A stretch of DNA of 64,000 nucleotides from an uncultured Chloroflexia bacterium (GTDB taxonomy: Bacteria > Chloroflexota > Limnocylindria > Limnocylindrales > CSP1-4), in contig CAVYIM010000007.1 in assembly GCA_963768655.1 (NCBI GenBank), forward strand, positions 128,001-192,000, in the 5' to 3' direction. The notes below the pieces were generated by a model, which was not told the origin of the DNA, did not search any database, and saw only the letters and a program-made list of their open reading frames with translations. Position 1 is the first letter of the stretch, and every line of letters begins with the position of its first letter. Positions 1 through 10,505 of the stretch are shown here, in pieces. A program made the translations under genes and the position numbers.

Positions 1-453
1 CGGGCGCCCGACAAGGTCACGGCAGCCCGGCTCGGGCGCCGGCTGGCCCTGGTTTCCCTGTTCGAGGCCGAGTTCGGGCAGCGGACCGCGGCCTCGATCC
101 TGGAGCGTCATCTGGCCGAGGGCGGGTCCGACGAACCCACTGCGGAGTTCGCCCGGGTGCTCGTCGCGGGCGTCGTCGACAACCGCGATCGGATCGATGC
201 GTTGATCGAGCAGGTCGCGCCGGCGTATCCGGTTGTCCAGCTGGCCCGAATGGACCGGACTCTGCTACGTAGCGGCATCGGCGAGGTGCTACACTCCGGC
301 ACGCCGCCCCGGGTGGCGATTGCCGAATGGGTCGAGCTGGCTCGCACGTACAGTGGCGAACCCGCCCGGCGTCTGGTCAACGGCGTACTCGGGACGATCA
401 CTCGCGACTCCGTCGCCGGTGCGCGCCACGCCCCGGAGTCGGAGCCGCAGTAA
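1..453 (+). CDS. nusB: Transcription antitermination factor NusB (5' truncated by window edge)
   Basis: Frame is open from base 1 ([16 protein letters not shown]...). It contains [21 protein letters not shown] and [23 protein letters not shown], which are NusB-like. Confidence 0.9.
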   Translation, partial: RAPDKVTAARLGRRLALVSLFEAEFGQRTAASILERHLAEGGSDEPTAEFARVLVAGVVDNRDRIDALIEQVAPAYPVVQLARMDRTLLRSGIGEVLHSGTPPRVAIAEWVELARTYSGEPARRLVNGVLGTITRDSVAGARHAPESEPQ

Positions 454-494
454 CCGTCAACCGCAAGCCCAAAGGAACCCCGAGGAGGGCGTCA

Positions 495-731
495 GTGGCC
501 ACTACCTACGAGCGACTCAAGAAGATCGTGGTCGAGCAGCTCGGCGTCGACGAGGACGAGGTCAAGCCGGAAGCTTCGTTCGTCGACGACCTGAACGCCG
601 ATTCGCTCGACCTCGTCGAGCTGATCATGAGCCTCGAGGAAGAGTTCGGAACCGAGATCTCCGACGAAGACGCCGAAAAGATCCGGACCGTGCAGGACGC
701 CGTCGACTACATCGACGAGCACGCGGCCTAG
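495..731 (+). CDS. acpP: Acyl carrier protein
   Basis: GTG at 495 follows GAGGAG. Contains the phosphopantetheine motif [21 protein letters not shown]. Confidence 0.97.
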   Translation: MATTYERLKKIVVEQLGVDEDEVKPEASFVDDLNADSLDLVELIMSLEEEFGTEISDEDAEKIRTVQDAVDYIDEHAA

Positions 732-746
732 CCCGCCTCCCGACTG

Positions 747-1727
747 ATGCGACCCGCAGCCGCTCTCGCCGAGCGGCTGGGGCTCGCGGTCCGCGACCTC
801 GAACTCCTGCAGCAGGCCCTGATACACAGCAGTTACCTGCACGAACATCGGGACCTGGCCGTCGGCCACAACGAGCGCCTCGAATTCCTCGGCGACTCGG
901 TGGTCAGCCTGGCCATCTCGGACGCCCTCTATCGCCGCCACCCCGACGACGACGAGGGCGTTCTCTCGACCAGGCGCGCCTCGATCGTCAGCACGGCCGG
1001 GCTGGCGCGTCTGGCCGGGCGTCTGTCGCTCGGCGAGTACCTCCTACTTGGGGAGGGCGAGTCTCAGCGCGGTGGCAGGCGGCGGCCGGCTCTTCTCGCA
1101 TCCGCTTTCGAGGCCGTCGTAGGCGCGCTGTACCTGGATCTGGGGTACGAGGCCGCCGCCGGATTCGTGGTCGCCCTGGCCGATCCCGAGCTCGCCGCCC
1201 ACCGGTCGCTTGGGTCTCTGAAGAGCCCCAAGAGCCGGCTACAGGAGTTCACCCAGCGTCTATCCGGCGAGCGGCCGCAATACCGCGTGGTCGATGCCGT
1301 CGGGCCGGACCACGACAAGGTCTTCCGCGTCGAGGTGGCTGTGGCCGGTCGCGTCATCGGAGTGGGGGAGGGGCATTCGCGCCGCCTGGCAGAGACGGCA
1401 GCCGCCGCCCGAGCGATCGAGGCCCTGCGCGAGACGCCGGGCGACCTTGCCGCCCAGACGCAAGGGGCGCCGGAACTGGTCGCCTTCGGGTCCGGCGAAG
1501 GTGAGGACGAGGACGAGGTCGATGAGTGGGAGACGTTCGGTCAGCCGGGCAATTCCGCGGCCGAGCCGTGGTTCGAGTTCGATCTCGAGCTCCCGGGCGA
1601 AGCTGGCGGCGGGACACCCGATGCCGGTTCGGAGGCGGGTCGAGGCGACAGTCAGGTCATGACGATCCGGTACCGCCGGCTACGCCCGGGCGCTGACGAC
1701 CGCCGCCGAGCGGGCCGGGCCCGATGA
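747..1727 (+). CDS. rnc: Ribonuclease III with acidic C-terminal extension
   Basis: HNERLEFLGDS signature and dsRBD (PKSRLQE...GPDHDKVF...GEGHSRRLAE). Sits in the acpP-rnc-smc order. Confidence 0.95.
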   Translation: MRPAAALAERLGLAVRDLELLQQALIHSSYLHEHRDLAVGHNERLEFLGDSVVSLAISDALYRRHPDDDEGVLSTRRASIVSTAGLARLAGRLSLGEYLLLGEGESQRGGRRRPALLASAFEAVVGALYLDLGYEAAAGFVVALADPELAAHRSLGSLKSPKSRLQEFTQRLSGERPQYRVVDAVGPDHDKVFRVEVAVAGRVIGVGEGHSRRLAETAAAARAIEALRETPGDLAAQTQGAPELVAFGSGEGEDEDEVDEWETFGQPGNSAAEPWFEFDLELPGEAGGGTPDAGSEAGRGDSQVMTIRYRRLRPGADDRRRAGRAR

Positions 1728-4700
1728 CGGCACCTGCCCGCCTGCTCGCGCTCCGCCTGCAGGGCTTCAAGTCCTTCGGGGAGCGGACTCTCGTCGAGTT
1801 CGGACCCGGGATAAGCGCGGTGGTGGGCCCCAACGGTTCGGGCAAGAGCAATCTCGCCGACGCGCTGCGCTGGGCCCTGGGCGAGCAGGGCAAGGCCCTG
1901 CGGCTGCGTAAGTCCGAGGACGTCATCTTCGCCGGTTCGGAGAGGCGCTCCGCCCTCGGCATGGCCGACGTCACTCTCGTCTTCGGCAACGGCGACCGCC
2001 TCCTTCCGATCGACTACGAAACGGTCGAGCTTGGACGGCGGCTCTTCCGCTCCGGTGAGAACGACTACCTGCTGAACAAGCAACGCGTCCGCCTCACGGA
2101 TCTGGTCGACCTGCTCGACGCTGCCCATCTGGCCGACAACGCCTTCCTGTTCATCGGCCAGGGCATGGTCGACCAGGCCCTGGCCCTTCGACCCGAAGAG
2201 CGGCGGCCCCTCTTCGAGGAAGTCGCAGGCGTGCGTCGGCACGAGCGGCGCAAGACCAGGGCCGAGGACCAGCTGATCGAAGCGGAAGCGAATCTGGCTC
2301 GGGTCGAGGACGTCCTGGCCGAGCTGCGGCCCCAGGCCCGACGGCTGGCAGCCCAGGCCGAACAACAGGCCTCACGCCAGACGGCCGGGCGCGAATACGG
2401 TCGGGCGATCATCGCTCTGGCGCGTTCGCGTTGGGTCGACGCAGCCGGGCGGTTGCGGGAGGCCGAGCGGCAGCTGGGCGCGGGCCGGAGCGATGCTGAC
2501 GCTTCGCTGACGGCGTTGCGAGAGGCCGAGGCGCGGTCCGCCACCATCGCGCGCGATCTGGCATCGCGGTCGGAGACGGAGGCCGAATGTCGAGCCGCGC
2601 ACGAGGCGGCGCGGGGGCTGCTGACCGAGCTGCAGCTTCGCGATGCGAGGGCCGCGAGCGACGCGGCCGGCGCTCAGCGCGACCGTGCCCGGCTCGATGC
2701 CGAGCTGGCTGAGGCGGAGGCCGATCTCGCCGTCCAGCGACGCGAGATGGGGGCTCCGGTGCCGACCCGCGACCTGGCCCTGTCGGGCTCGGTGGCGGAG
2801 GCGGAGCGGGCACTCGGCGAGGCTCTCGAAGAGCTGGGCGCCATGAGGGCGGCAAGACTGGCCGAGGGCGAGGCCCTCGCGGCGCTGAAGCGCGTGGAGG
2901 CGGCGCGGGCCGTTGAGCTCGAGACCGTGCGCCGGCGGCTGGGCGAGGCGTCTCGAGCAGCGGCGGACGAGCGAGCCGCGGCCGATGAGGCGGCCAGCCG
3001 GCTGTCGGATGCCGAGGCCGCGTGCGCGGCCCCACGGGCAGCGGCGGCGGCCGCGGCGGACGCGGAGAAGGTCGCCGTGGCCGCGCGTGAGAGGGCGCGG
3101 GCGGAACTCGATGCCCTGGAGGGCGCGCGTCAGGCCGCGGCCGAACGCGCCGGCTCGACTGCGAGCAAGGCGGCGAGCCTGCGGGGACGCTGTGAGGCGG
3201 TGCAGACCCGGCTGGCCGAAGAGGAGGCGCGCGGCATCGCAAAGGCCGCGAAGCGCCTTGGCGGGAGGCCGCTGGCTGAGGGTCTGGAGGTCGAGGCCGG
3301 ATTCCGGGTTGCCGTGGAGGCGGCCCTGGGCGAGGCGATGCGCGGCTACGTCATGGGTCGCGCAGGCGTGATGGGCCTCGACGGACAGCGCGGGACCCTG
3401 GTCCTCGAGGGCACCGAGGCGGGCGGTGCTGGGGGCGGCGCTCCTACAGGCGCCGCTGCCGGCGCTGCTGCGGGCGCGGGCCGCGCCGCCGCCAGGGCGG
3501 CTGAACGAGCGGCGGGGCGCATCGCCGAAGCGGGCGAGGCGGCGATTGCCGCAGCCGAGGGCCACGGCGGCGGCAAGCTCGTCGACGCGGTCCGCGTGGA
3601 TCCCAACGGGGCGGCGACGCGGCTGCTGGCACAGGCGGTGTGGCTACCGGACCTGAACGCGGTGCTGGCCGTGCAACCGAGCCTGGCCGCGGGCTGGATC
3701 GCCGTGACGCGAGACGGCGCCGTGGCGACGGCAACGGGCGTCGTGACGCTCGGCCGCTCCGAGTCGCTGCTGGATCGGCGGGCTGAGCTGGAGCGGCTGG
3801 GCGAGGAAGTCGCGCGCCTCGAGGTCGACGCTCGGACGGCGGCGGCAGAGGCAGCCACCGCCACGCTGAGCGCCGCCGCCGCTCGCAGCGCTCTGGATTC
3901 CGCGCGCGAGGCGGAACGCGGGGCCGGACTTGCCCGACGAGAGGCCGAGGACGCGGAGCGGCGCGCGACGCGCGTCCTGGAGAATGTTGCCCGAGAAGCG
4001 GCCTGGCGAGCGGCCCAGGCGGCGCACGCGGAGGCCGAGCGGGACCGCCTGGCGGCCGCGGTCCGCGAGGCGGAAGCCGCCGCCACTCCTGGCGGCGCGG
4101 CCGGTCCCACGGCGGTTGCGGCCGCGGGCGCCGCCACTCCCCCCGGCGCCGCCACCAAGCCCGGCATTCCCGCCGAATCCCAGCAGGTCGGCGCCCTGCG
4201 CGAGTGGGAGGCTCGCGCCGCGTCGCTGCGTGCCCGTCGCGACCAGCTTGCCGCCGAAGAGGCCATGCTCGAGGTCGTTCGCCGCGAAGCCGAGGGCCGC
4301 CGCGCCCGCGCCGCCGCGGCCGCCGAGTTCGACCAGACCCGCATCATCGCGCTGGAACGCCAGGCCGCCGAGCTCGCCGTGCGCGAGCGCGCCATCGCCA
4401 CGGAACGCGCGGGGCTGGGCGAGGGCCTGGCCGCAGCCGGCCGACGCGAGGCCTCCCTGCGCGCCGAGCTGGACGAGATTCGCAGCGCCGAGGCTGCGGC
4501 ACGCGCCCGGCTGGCTGAAGCCGAGAACGCCGCCGCGCACGCGCGCGAGCGCCTTCGCGCTTGCCAGGAGCGGGTCCGCAACGCCGAGGTGGCCGAGCTC
4601 GAAGCGCGCCTCGGCCTCGATGCCATCCGAGAGCAGGTGTGCGTCGAGCTGGCCGGTCTGGGCGATCTCGGCCTGCGCCTGCTCGCGATCGAGAGCGACA

Positions 4701-5536
4701 CCGACGAGGACGTTGGCGGGGCGGCGCCGACCGCGGACCGGTTCGGTGCCGACGAAGACACCGACAATTCGACCGCCGACTCTCTCGAGGGTGCCCTCGC
4801 CGCCGCGGCCGAGCGCTGGGTCGAAGGCCCGGCCGTCGAGCCGCCCGCCGCGGCCCGACTCGCCGCCCTGCGGCGTCGCTTCCACGAGCTCGGTGCGCCG
4901 AACCCGTTCGCGGCCGAGGAGTACCAGACCGTCAGGGCACGGCTCGACGGGCTCGAAACGCAGCGCGCCGATCTGACCGACGCGATCGCCAAGACCCGCG
5001 CCCTGATCGAGCAGCTGAACGTGATGATCTCCACGCAGTTCCGTACCACGTTCGAGGCCCTGGAAACCGCTTTCGACGGGCGATTCCGCCAGCTATTCGG
5101 GGGCGGCTTCGCGCGCCTCAGCCTGACCGATCCCGATGACCTCAGCGCGACCGGCATCGAAATCGTCGCCCGGCCGCCCGGTAAGAAGATGCAGCCGCTG
5201 AGCATGCTCTCCGGCGGCGAGCGAGCGTTGACGGCCGTGGCTCTGCTGTTCGCCATGCTCGAGGTCCACCCCGTCCCGTTCTGCGTTCTCGACGAGGTCG
5301 ACGCGGCCCTGGACGAGGCCAACGTCGGGCGCTTCGCCGAGGCGCTTCGAGGCCTGGCCGACCAGACGCAGTTCATCGTGATCACGCACAATCGCGGCAC
5401 GATCGAGAGCGCCGACGCCCTCTACGGCGTGACGGTCGGCGACGACGCGGTCAGTCGCGTCATCAGCCTTCGCCTGGAGGAGGCCCGCGAGCTGGCCGAT
5501 CAGGTGGCGCGCAAGAACGCCGCGAACGCCGGCTGA
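1724..5536 (+). CDS. smc: Chromosome segregation protein SMC
   Basis: GFKSF, Walker A GPNGSGKSN, Q-loop IGQG, long coiled coils, signature LSGGE, Walker B VLDEVDAALD, ITHN. Confidence 0.96.
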   Translation: MTAPARLLALRLQGFKSFGERTLVEFGPGISAVVGPNGSGKSNLADALRWALGEQGKALRLRKSEDVIFAGSERRSALGMADVTLVFGNGDRLLPIDYETVELGRRLFRSGENDYLLNKQRVRLTDLVDLLDAAHLADNAFLFIGQGMVDQALALRPEERRPLFEEVAGVRRHERRKTRAEDQLIEAEANLARVEDVLAELRPQARRLAAQAEQQASRQTAGREYGRAIIALARSRWVDAAGRLREAERQLGAGRSDADASLTALREAEARSATIARDLASRSETEAECRAAHEAARGLLTELQLRDARAASDAAGAQRDRARLDAELAEAEADLAVQRREMGAPVPTRDLALSGSVAEAERALGEALEELGAMRAARLAEGEALAALKRVEAARAVELETVRRRLGEASRAAADERAAADEAASRLSDAEAACAAPRAAAAAAADAEKVAVAARERARAELDALEGARQAAAERAGSTASKAASLRGRCEAVQTRLAEEEARGIAKAAKRLGGRPLAEGLEVEAGFRVAVEAALGEAMRGYVMGRAGVMGLDGQRGTLVLEGTEAGGAGGGAPTGAAAGAAAGAGRAAARAAERAAGRIAEAGEAAIAAAEGHGGGKLVDAVRVDPNGAATRLLAQAVWLPDLNAVLAVQPSLAAGWIAVTRDGAVATATGVVTLGRSESLLDRRAELERLGEEVARLEVDARTAAAEAATATLSAAAARSALDSAREAERGAGLARREAEDAERRATRVLENVAREAAWRAAQAAHAEAERDRLAAAVREAEAAATPGGAAGPTAVAAAGAATPPGAATKPGIPAESQQVGALREWEARAASLRARRDQLAAEEAMLEVVRREAEGRRARAAAAAEFDQTRIIALERQAAELAVRERAIATERAGLGEGLAAAGRREASLRAELDEIRSAEAAARARLAEAENAAAHARERLRACQERVRNAEVAELEARLGLDAIREQVCVELAGLGDLGLRLLAIESDTDEDVGGAAPTADRFGADEDTDNSTADSLEGALAAAAERWVEGPAVEPPAAARLAALRRRFHELGAPNPFAAEEYQTVRARLDGLETQRADLTDAIAKTRALIEQLNVMISTQFRTTFEALETAFDGRFRQLFGGGFARLSLTDPDDLSATGIEIVARPPGKKMQPLSMLSGGERALTAVALLFAMLEVHPVPFCVLDEVDAALDEANVGRFAEALRGLADQTQFIVITHNRGTIESADALYGVTVGDDAVSRVISLRLEEARELADQVARKNAANAG

Positions 5537-5547
5537 GGTATCGAGCC

Positions 5548-6639
5548 ATGTTCCATTTCCGTAAGCCGAAGGCGCCCGAGGTCGAGGCCGAACCGGTCGT
5601 CGAGCCGGCGGTCGAGCCTTCGGCCGAGTGGGAGGTCGAGCCGTCGACGTCCGAGCCTTCGGTCGAACCTGCCGTCGAGCCTTCGGTCGAACCTCCGGCT
5701 CCCGCTCCGGTCGAACCTCCGGCTTCCGCGCCGGCCGAAACCGACGAGACTCCCGGCGACCTGACCGAAGGTCTACAGAAGACTCGCGGCGGCTTCATGT
5801 CGCGGCTGCGAGGGCTGCTCAAAGGTGGTCCCGCCGCGGCCGACTGGGATTCGGTCGAAGAGCTGCTGATCGGCGGCGACGTGGGCGGCGCGCTCGCGGC
5901 CGACGTCGTCGAGCGGGCCCGCGCCCGCAAGGACGCCCCCAGCGCCGAAGCCGCCGTTCGCGCGGAGCTCGCGGCGCTGCTGATCCCAGGCGACCCGAGC
6001 TGGCGTCCGGGACGCGCCGGGCCGGACCAGCCCGCCGTCCTGCTGATGGTCGGCGTCAACGGCACGGGCAAGACCACGACCATCGGCAAGCTCGCCCACC
6101 GCTACCGCGCCGAGGGAAGCAGCGTCCTGCTGGCCGCCGCCGACACGTTCCGCGCCGCTGCGATTGACCAGCTGCGCATCTGGTCGGATCGCTCGGGCTG
6201 CCAGTTCGTGGCCCACGCCCCCGGCGCCGACCCGGCGGCCGTCGTCTACGACGCCATCGATGCCGCCGTCGCCCGCCACGTGGACATCGTCATCGCCGAC
6301 ACCGCCGGCCGCCTCCACACCAAGTCGAACCTGATGGACGAGCTGGCCAAGATGCGCCGCGTCATCGACCGCCGCCTGCCCGGCGCCGCGCCCGAGGTCC
6401 TGTTCGTCCTCGACGCCACGACCGGCCAGAACGGCCTGGCCCAGGCGAAGGTCTTCCACGAAACCGTCGGCCTCACCGGCATCGTCCTGACCAAGCTCGA
6501 CTCGACCGCCAAGGGCGGCATCGTCTTCGCCATCGAGGACACCCTTCATGTGCCCGTCCGCTTCGTCGGAGTGGGGGAGAAGCTCGGCGACCTGCTGCCG
6601 TTCGACCCCGCGGCTTTCGTCGGCGCGCTGTTCGCCTGA
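5548..6639 (+). CDS. ftsY: SRP receptor FtsY
   Basis: [22 protein letters not shown] and [10 protein letters not shown], with an acidic Pro-rich N-terminus. Confidence 0.97.
   Translation: MFHFRKPKAPEVEAEPVVEPAVEPSAEWEVEPSTSEPSVEPAVEPSVEPPAPAPVEPPASAPAETDETPGDLTEGLQKTRGGFMSRLRGLLKGGPAAADWDSVEELLIGGDVGGALAADVVERARARKDAPSAEAAVRAELAALLIPGDPSWRPGRAGPDQPAVLLMVGVNGTGKTTTIGKLAHRYRAEGSSVLLAAADTFRAAAIDQLRIWSDRSGCQFVAHAPGADPAAVVYDAIDAAVARHVDIVIADTAGRLHTKSNLMDELAKMRRVIDRRLPGAAPEVLFVLDATTGQNGLAQAKVFHETVGLTGIVLTKLDSTAKGGIVFAIEDTLHVPVRFVGVGEKLGDLLPFDPAAFVGALFA
5576..5720 (+). repeat. Imperfect VEP(A/S) coding repeats in the FtsY acidic N-terminus
   Basis: Recurrent gtcgagcc/gtcgaacc units encode [11 protein letters not shown]...[15 protein letters not shown]. 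Confidence 0.6.
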
Positions 6640-7259
6640 GATCGAAGCAACTCTGGGCGACTCGTGAAGCGGGCGCGGCGTCCCAACAGCCCGCGTCGGC
6701 GATCGAGAGGCCAGCGCATGCTCCGGACCAGTGAGAGCCTGATTCTGCGCGGCAGGCGCCCGAGCAGCCCGGTGCTCACCAGGTGAGCACGTCCGACCGG
6801 GTGACGCCCAGAGGAGACCGGCGGGCGTCGAATGTGATGGCTGTGTGGACACTTCCGACGAGCGCCCGCTCCTATGGGCCCGATTCTCGAGTCGCCTGGT
6901 CAAGCCTGTATGTCTGGCCGCGCAAATCCGACGAGTGAGTTCAGCAGCGCGTCGCGCCTGGTCGCGCGTGCTCGGCGGGCGAGCATCAAGGGCGGGTACC
7001 CGGCCTCGTGGTCACGTTCCCATATCTATCCGGGCAGAATCCACGGATGGTGGGGACCTTCTCCGTGCGGCTCGCGCCCGCGGCTCGCGCGTGCGGCTCG
7101 CACCAGCGCCGCGCCAGACAGCCGCCGCCGCTCCGCCCCTGTCCACCTCACGTTTGATGCGGTACACTCCGCGAGCTTTCGGTGCCGCCAGAATCCGCGG
7201 CCCAACGCCGGTCCAGATTGCCTCGGGCCGGCGGGACGGATCAGGAGTCCACGCCACCA

Positions 7260-8591
7260 ATGTTCGACGCGCTGAGCGAGCGGCTGCGCAAGACCCTCGG
7301 TGCCCTGACGGGTCGCGGGCGAGTCAGCGAAGCCGACGTCGACGCCGCCATGCGCGAGGTGCGGCTGGCGCTGCTCGAGGCGGACGTCAATTTCAAGGTC
7401 GTCAAGGATTTCGTAGCTCGGGTGCGCGAGCGCGCGACCGGCGCCGAGATTCTCGAGAGCCTGACCGCCGGCCAGCAGGTCGTGAAGATCGTCGACGAGG
7501 AGCTCGTCGCGCTCCTGTCCGCGGGCGATCGAACCTTCCATCTCACCGGGAACCCCGCGGTGATCGTCCTCGTCGGCCTGCAGGGCTCCGGCAAGACGAC
7601 CAGCGCCGCCAAGCTGGCCCGCCTCATGGTCAAGCAGGGCCGCCGTCCGATCATGGTCGCGGCGGACCCCTACCGACCTGCCGCCGCCGACCAGCTGGCA
7701 ACGCTCGGCAAGTCTCTGGACGTGCCCGTCTTCCGCGCCCAGGCCGGCACGACGGTCCTGGCCATCGCCAGGGGCGGCATGGAGGCTGCCCGCAAGCAGG
7801 TCCGCGATACCGTCATCCTCGACACCGCCGGCCGGCTCACCGTCGACGAGGCTCTCATGAAGGAGATTGCCGACCTGACCGCTGCGCTCAAGCCCGCCGA
7901 GACGCTTCTCGTGGTCGACGCGATGACCGGCCAGGAAGCGGTTCACGTGGCCGAGGCGTTCGCGGCTGCGGTGCCGGTCACCGGGCTGGTCCTGACCAAG
8001 ATCGACGGCGACGCCCGCGGCGGAGCCGCGCTGAGCATCAGCGCCGTTACCGGCCTGCCGGTCAAGTTCCTGGGCACCGGCGAGAAGACCGACGCGCTGG
8101 AGCCGTTCCATCCGGACCGGCTGGCCGGTCGAATTCTGGGCATGGGCGACGTTCTTACGCTCATAGAGCGGGCCCAGGAGACCTACGACGAGAAGCAAAC
8201 GGCCCGCATGACCGAGAAGCTGCGCAAGAACAGCTTCACCCTGGAGGACATGCTCGAGCAGATGGAGCAGGTCCAGAAGATGGGGCCGATGGGCCAGTTG
8301 ATCGAAATGATCCCGGGCCTCGGTGGTGTCGCCAAGCAGGCCCAGGCCGCGGTAGACCGGGGCGACCTGCGGCGCGTCCAGGCGATCATTCGGTCGATGA
8401 CGCCGGAGGAACGGCGGGACCCGAACGTCCTCAACGGTTCGCGCAGGCGCCGGATTGCCAACGGCTCCGGGACCCGCCTGCAGGATGTGAACCAACTCGT
8501 CAAGCAATTTGGTGAGCTTCAGAAGATGATGAAACAGATGTCGAGCGGCCGGTTCGCCCGGCGCATTCCCGGAATGCCCGGGAAGGCTTGA
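7260..8591 (+). CDS. ffh: Signal recognition particle protein Ffh
   Basis: MFDALSERL start at ATG 7260 after AGGAG. Contains GLQGSGKTT, DTAGR, TKIDGDARGG and a Met-rich M domain. Confidence 0.97.
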   Translation: MFDALSERLRKTLGALTGRGRVSEADVDAAMREVRLALLEADVNFKVVKDFVARVRERATGAEILESLTAGQQVVKIVDEELVALLSAGDRTFHLTGNPAVIVLVGLQGSGKTTSAAKLARLMVKQGRRPIMVAADPYRPAAADQLATLGKSLDVPVFRAQAGTTVLAIARGGMEAARKQVRDTVILDTAGRLTVDEALMKEIADLTAALKPAETLLVVDAMTGQEAVHVAEAFAAAVPVTGLVLTKIDGDARGGAALSISAVTGLPVKFLGTGEKTDALEPFHPDRLAGRILGMGDVLTLIERAQETYDEKQTARMTEKLRKNSFTLEDMLEQMEQVQKMGPMGQLIEMIPGLGGVAKQAQAAVDRGDLRRVQAIIRSMTPEERRDPNVLNGSRRRRIANGSGTRLQDVNQLVKQFGELQKMMKQMSSGRFARRIPGMPGKA

Positions 8592-10462
8592 GAGGGAGGT
8601 TTGCCGTAAATCAACAGCAGTACCCCGCGGGCTCGCCGGAGCCCTTTGCCGGACCGGTGGCGCCGCAGGGCGCGCCGATGGCTCGCCTCGAGCCGATCGG
8701 CGAGACCTGGGCCAGCGGCGTCGGCCCGGTCAGGCTCGGATCGGGGACCAGCCGGTTCCGCTGGGCGATAGCCCTGGGCGTCGTTCTATGCGTTGCGCTC
8801 GTGACCGTGGGTGGGGCATTCGTCCTGTCCGGAGCCGGCGGTGCTGCCAAGTCGCTGACCGCCGGCAGCGCGCCCAAGGCGACGATCATGTTCGTGGACG
8901 TGCGTACTGACCTGCCGGGCGACCAGCATGAGAAGCTGGCCGATTTCATGAGCCACTTTCCTGGCTTTGCCGACCGGGCCCAGTTCGACAATGCCTACGA
9001 TGAGATTCTCAACGAGATCACCAGCGCGATCTCGCCCGACCTGACTTACACGTCGGCATTCCAGAGCTGGACGACCGGCGAGCTCTCGGTGGCCGTGACG
9101 AGTCTGGGCAGCGCCGGCATGACCAGCTTGACTCAGGGCATCGGCTCCTTCCCAACGGATGCGTCGGGCAACATCACGAGCCCGTTGATGATCCCGGATG
9201 TCGCGTCCACGCCGCCCAGCGGAGCGCTCATCGTCGCGCTCAAGGATCGGGCCGCAGGCGAGACGTGGGTCAGCTCGGAGATCGCCAGGACCGGAATCCC
9301 GTTCACATCGCAGAGCTATGACGGCACGACGCTGTACGTGGCCCAGAAGCCTGTCGAGGGTATGACCGCGGCCTACGCCTTCACCGACAAGGTTCTGCTG
9401 GCGGGTGACGTGGCCGCCGTCAAGGCCGGGCTCGATGCCCCGACCAAGGGATCTCTCGCGGACAACGCCAACTACCAGGCCGCCGTTCATTCGCTTTCGG
9501 GTGACTGCATCGCGACGTTTTACATGGACCCGCAGGCATTCCTGCAGTCGACGATGACCGACCTGTCGGCTCTGGGTGACCTGTCGGCCGGGGGGATGAA
9601 CCTGACGGCGGCGGACATGCCGGCGTGGGTGGTGGGCTCGGTGCGAGCCGAGTCGGGCTACATGACCGTCTCGACGACCATGCCCAAGGTGAAGGGGACG
9701 CCCAGCCCGGGCAACGATGTGTCGGCGGTGGCTTCCGATCTGCCCGGCTCTACAGTCGGCGTCATCGAGGTTCATTCGCTCGGCCAGCTCGTTGACGATG
9801 AGTTGAAGACGCTCGAGAATTCGGCCCTCGCGTCTGCGGCGCCCGACTCAATCCAGCAGGTCCAGGACGCTCTGTCCCAGATCGGCGGCATCGACTGGAT
9901 CGGCGACGCCGACGTAGTTGTGACCAAGAATGGCTCGTCGTACGGCGGCGGGCTGGTCGTCAGGACTCCCGACAGCTCGACCGCGACCGCGAAGATGGCG
10001 ATGATCACCAACCTGATCACGCTCGCCGGCCTCGGGAGCTCTGGCATCACCCAGTCCGACGAGACGTACAAGGGCGCGACGATCACGACCGTACACATCG
10101 CCGGCAGTGAAGGCATCTCGCCGGAGGCAATGACTCTTGCCATCGCCACTAAGGGCGACCTGCTGGTGGCCGGTTACGGCGACGCGTTCGTCAAAGCGGT
10201 CCTCGACACCACGTCGGCGGACTCGCTGGCGGCTCAGTCGGACTACCAGACGGTGATGGCCGCGGCCGGTCAGTCCAACATGGAGTACGGGTACTTCGAC
10301 ATCTCCGCGGTCGCCAACCAGATCGGTCAGGCCCTCTTCCCCTCAGACCCCGGTTACTACAACCTCAACTACAAGCCCTACGTCGATCACGTCGGAGGCG
10401 CTGCCTTCGCCGACATCGACGGCAGCACGGTTACCCTGCGATTCGTTTTCACGGCCAAGTAG
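8588..10462 (+). CDS. Membrane-anchored exported protein, DUF3352-like (start uncertain)
   Basis: One hydrophobic segment (WAIALGVVLCVALVTVGGAFVL) followed by a large Ser/Thr/Asp-rich domain with an internal two-fold repeat. The family call is by resemblance only. Confidence 0.6.
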   Translation: MRGRFAVNQQQYPAGSPEPFAGPVAPQGAPMARLEPIGETWASGVGPVRLGSGTSRFRWAIALGVVLCVALVTVGGAFVLSGAGGAAKSLTAGSAPKATIMFVDVRTDLPGDQHEKLADFMSHFPGFADRAQFDNAYDEILNEITSAISPDLTYTSAFQSWTTGELSVAVTSLGSAGMTSLTQGIGSFPTDASGNITSPLMIPDVASTPPSGALIVALKDRAAGETWVSSEIARTGIPFTSQSYDGTTLYVAQKPVEGMTAAYAFTDKVLLAGDVAAVKAGLDAPTKGSLADNANYQAAVHSLSGDCIATFYMDPQAFLQSTMTDLSALGDLSAGGMNLTAADMPAWVVGSVRAESGYMTVSTTMPKVKGTPSPGNDVSAVASDLPGSTVGVIEVHSLGQLVDDELKTLENSALASAAPDSIQQVQDALSQIGGIDWIGDADVVVTKNGSSYGGGLVVRTPDSSTATAKMAMITNLITLAGLGSSGITQSDETYKGATITTVHIAGSEGISPEAMTLAIATKGDLLVAGYGDAFVKAVLDTTSADSLAAQSDYQTVMAAAGQSNMEYGYFDISAVANQIGQALFPSDPGYYNLNYKPYVDHVGGAAFADIDGSTVTLRFVFTAK

Positions 10463-10505
10463 GCCGGGCCCGAGTCGCCAGCACCCAGGAGGAGCACGCT
10501 CGCAC

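Noticed and set aside
6640-7259. SRP RNA (ffs) or ylxM between ftsY and ffh
   Set aside because: No CAGG-x-GNRA-x-AGCAG helix-8 motif was recognised on either strand, and there is no YlxM-like ORF.
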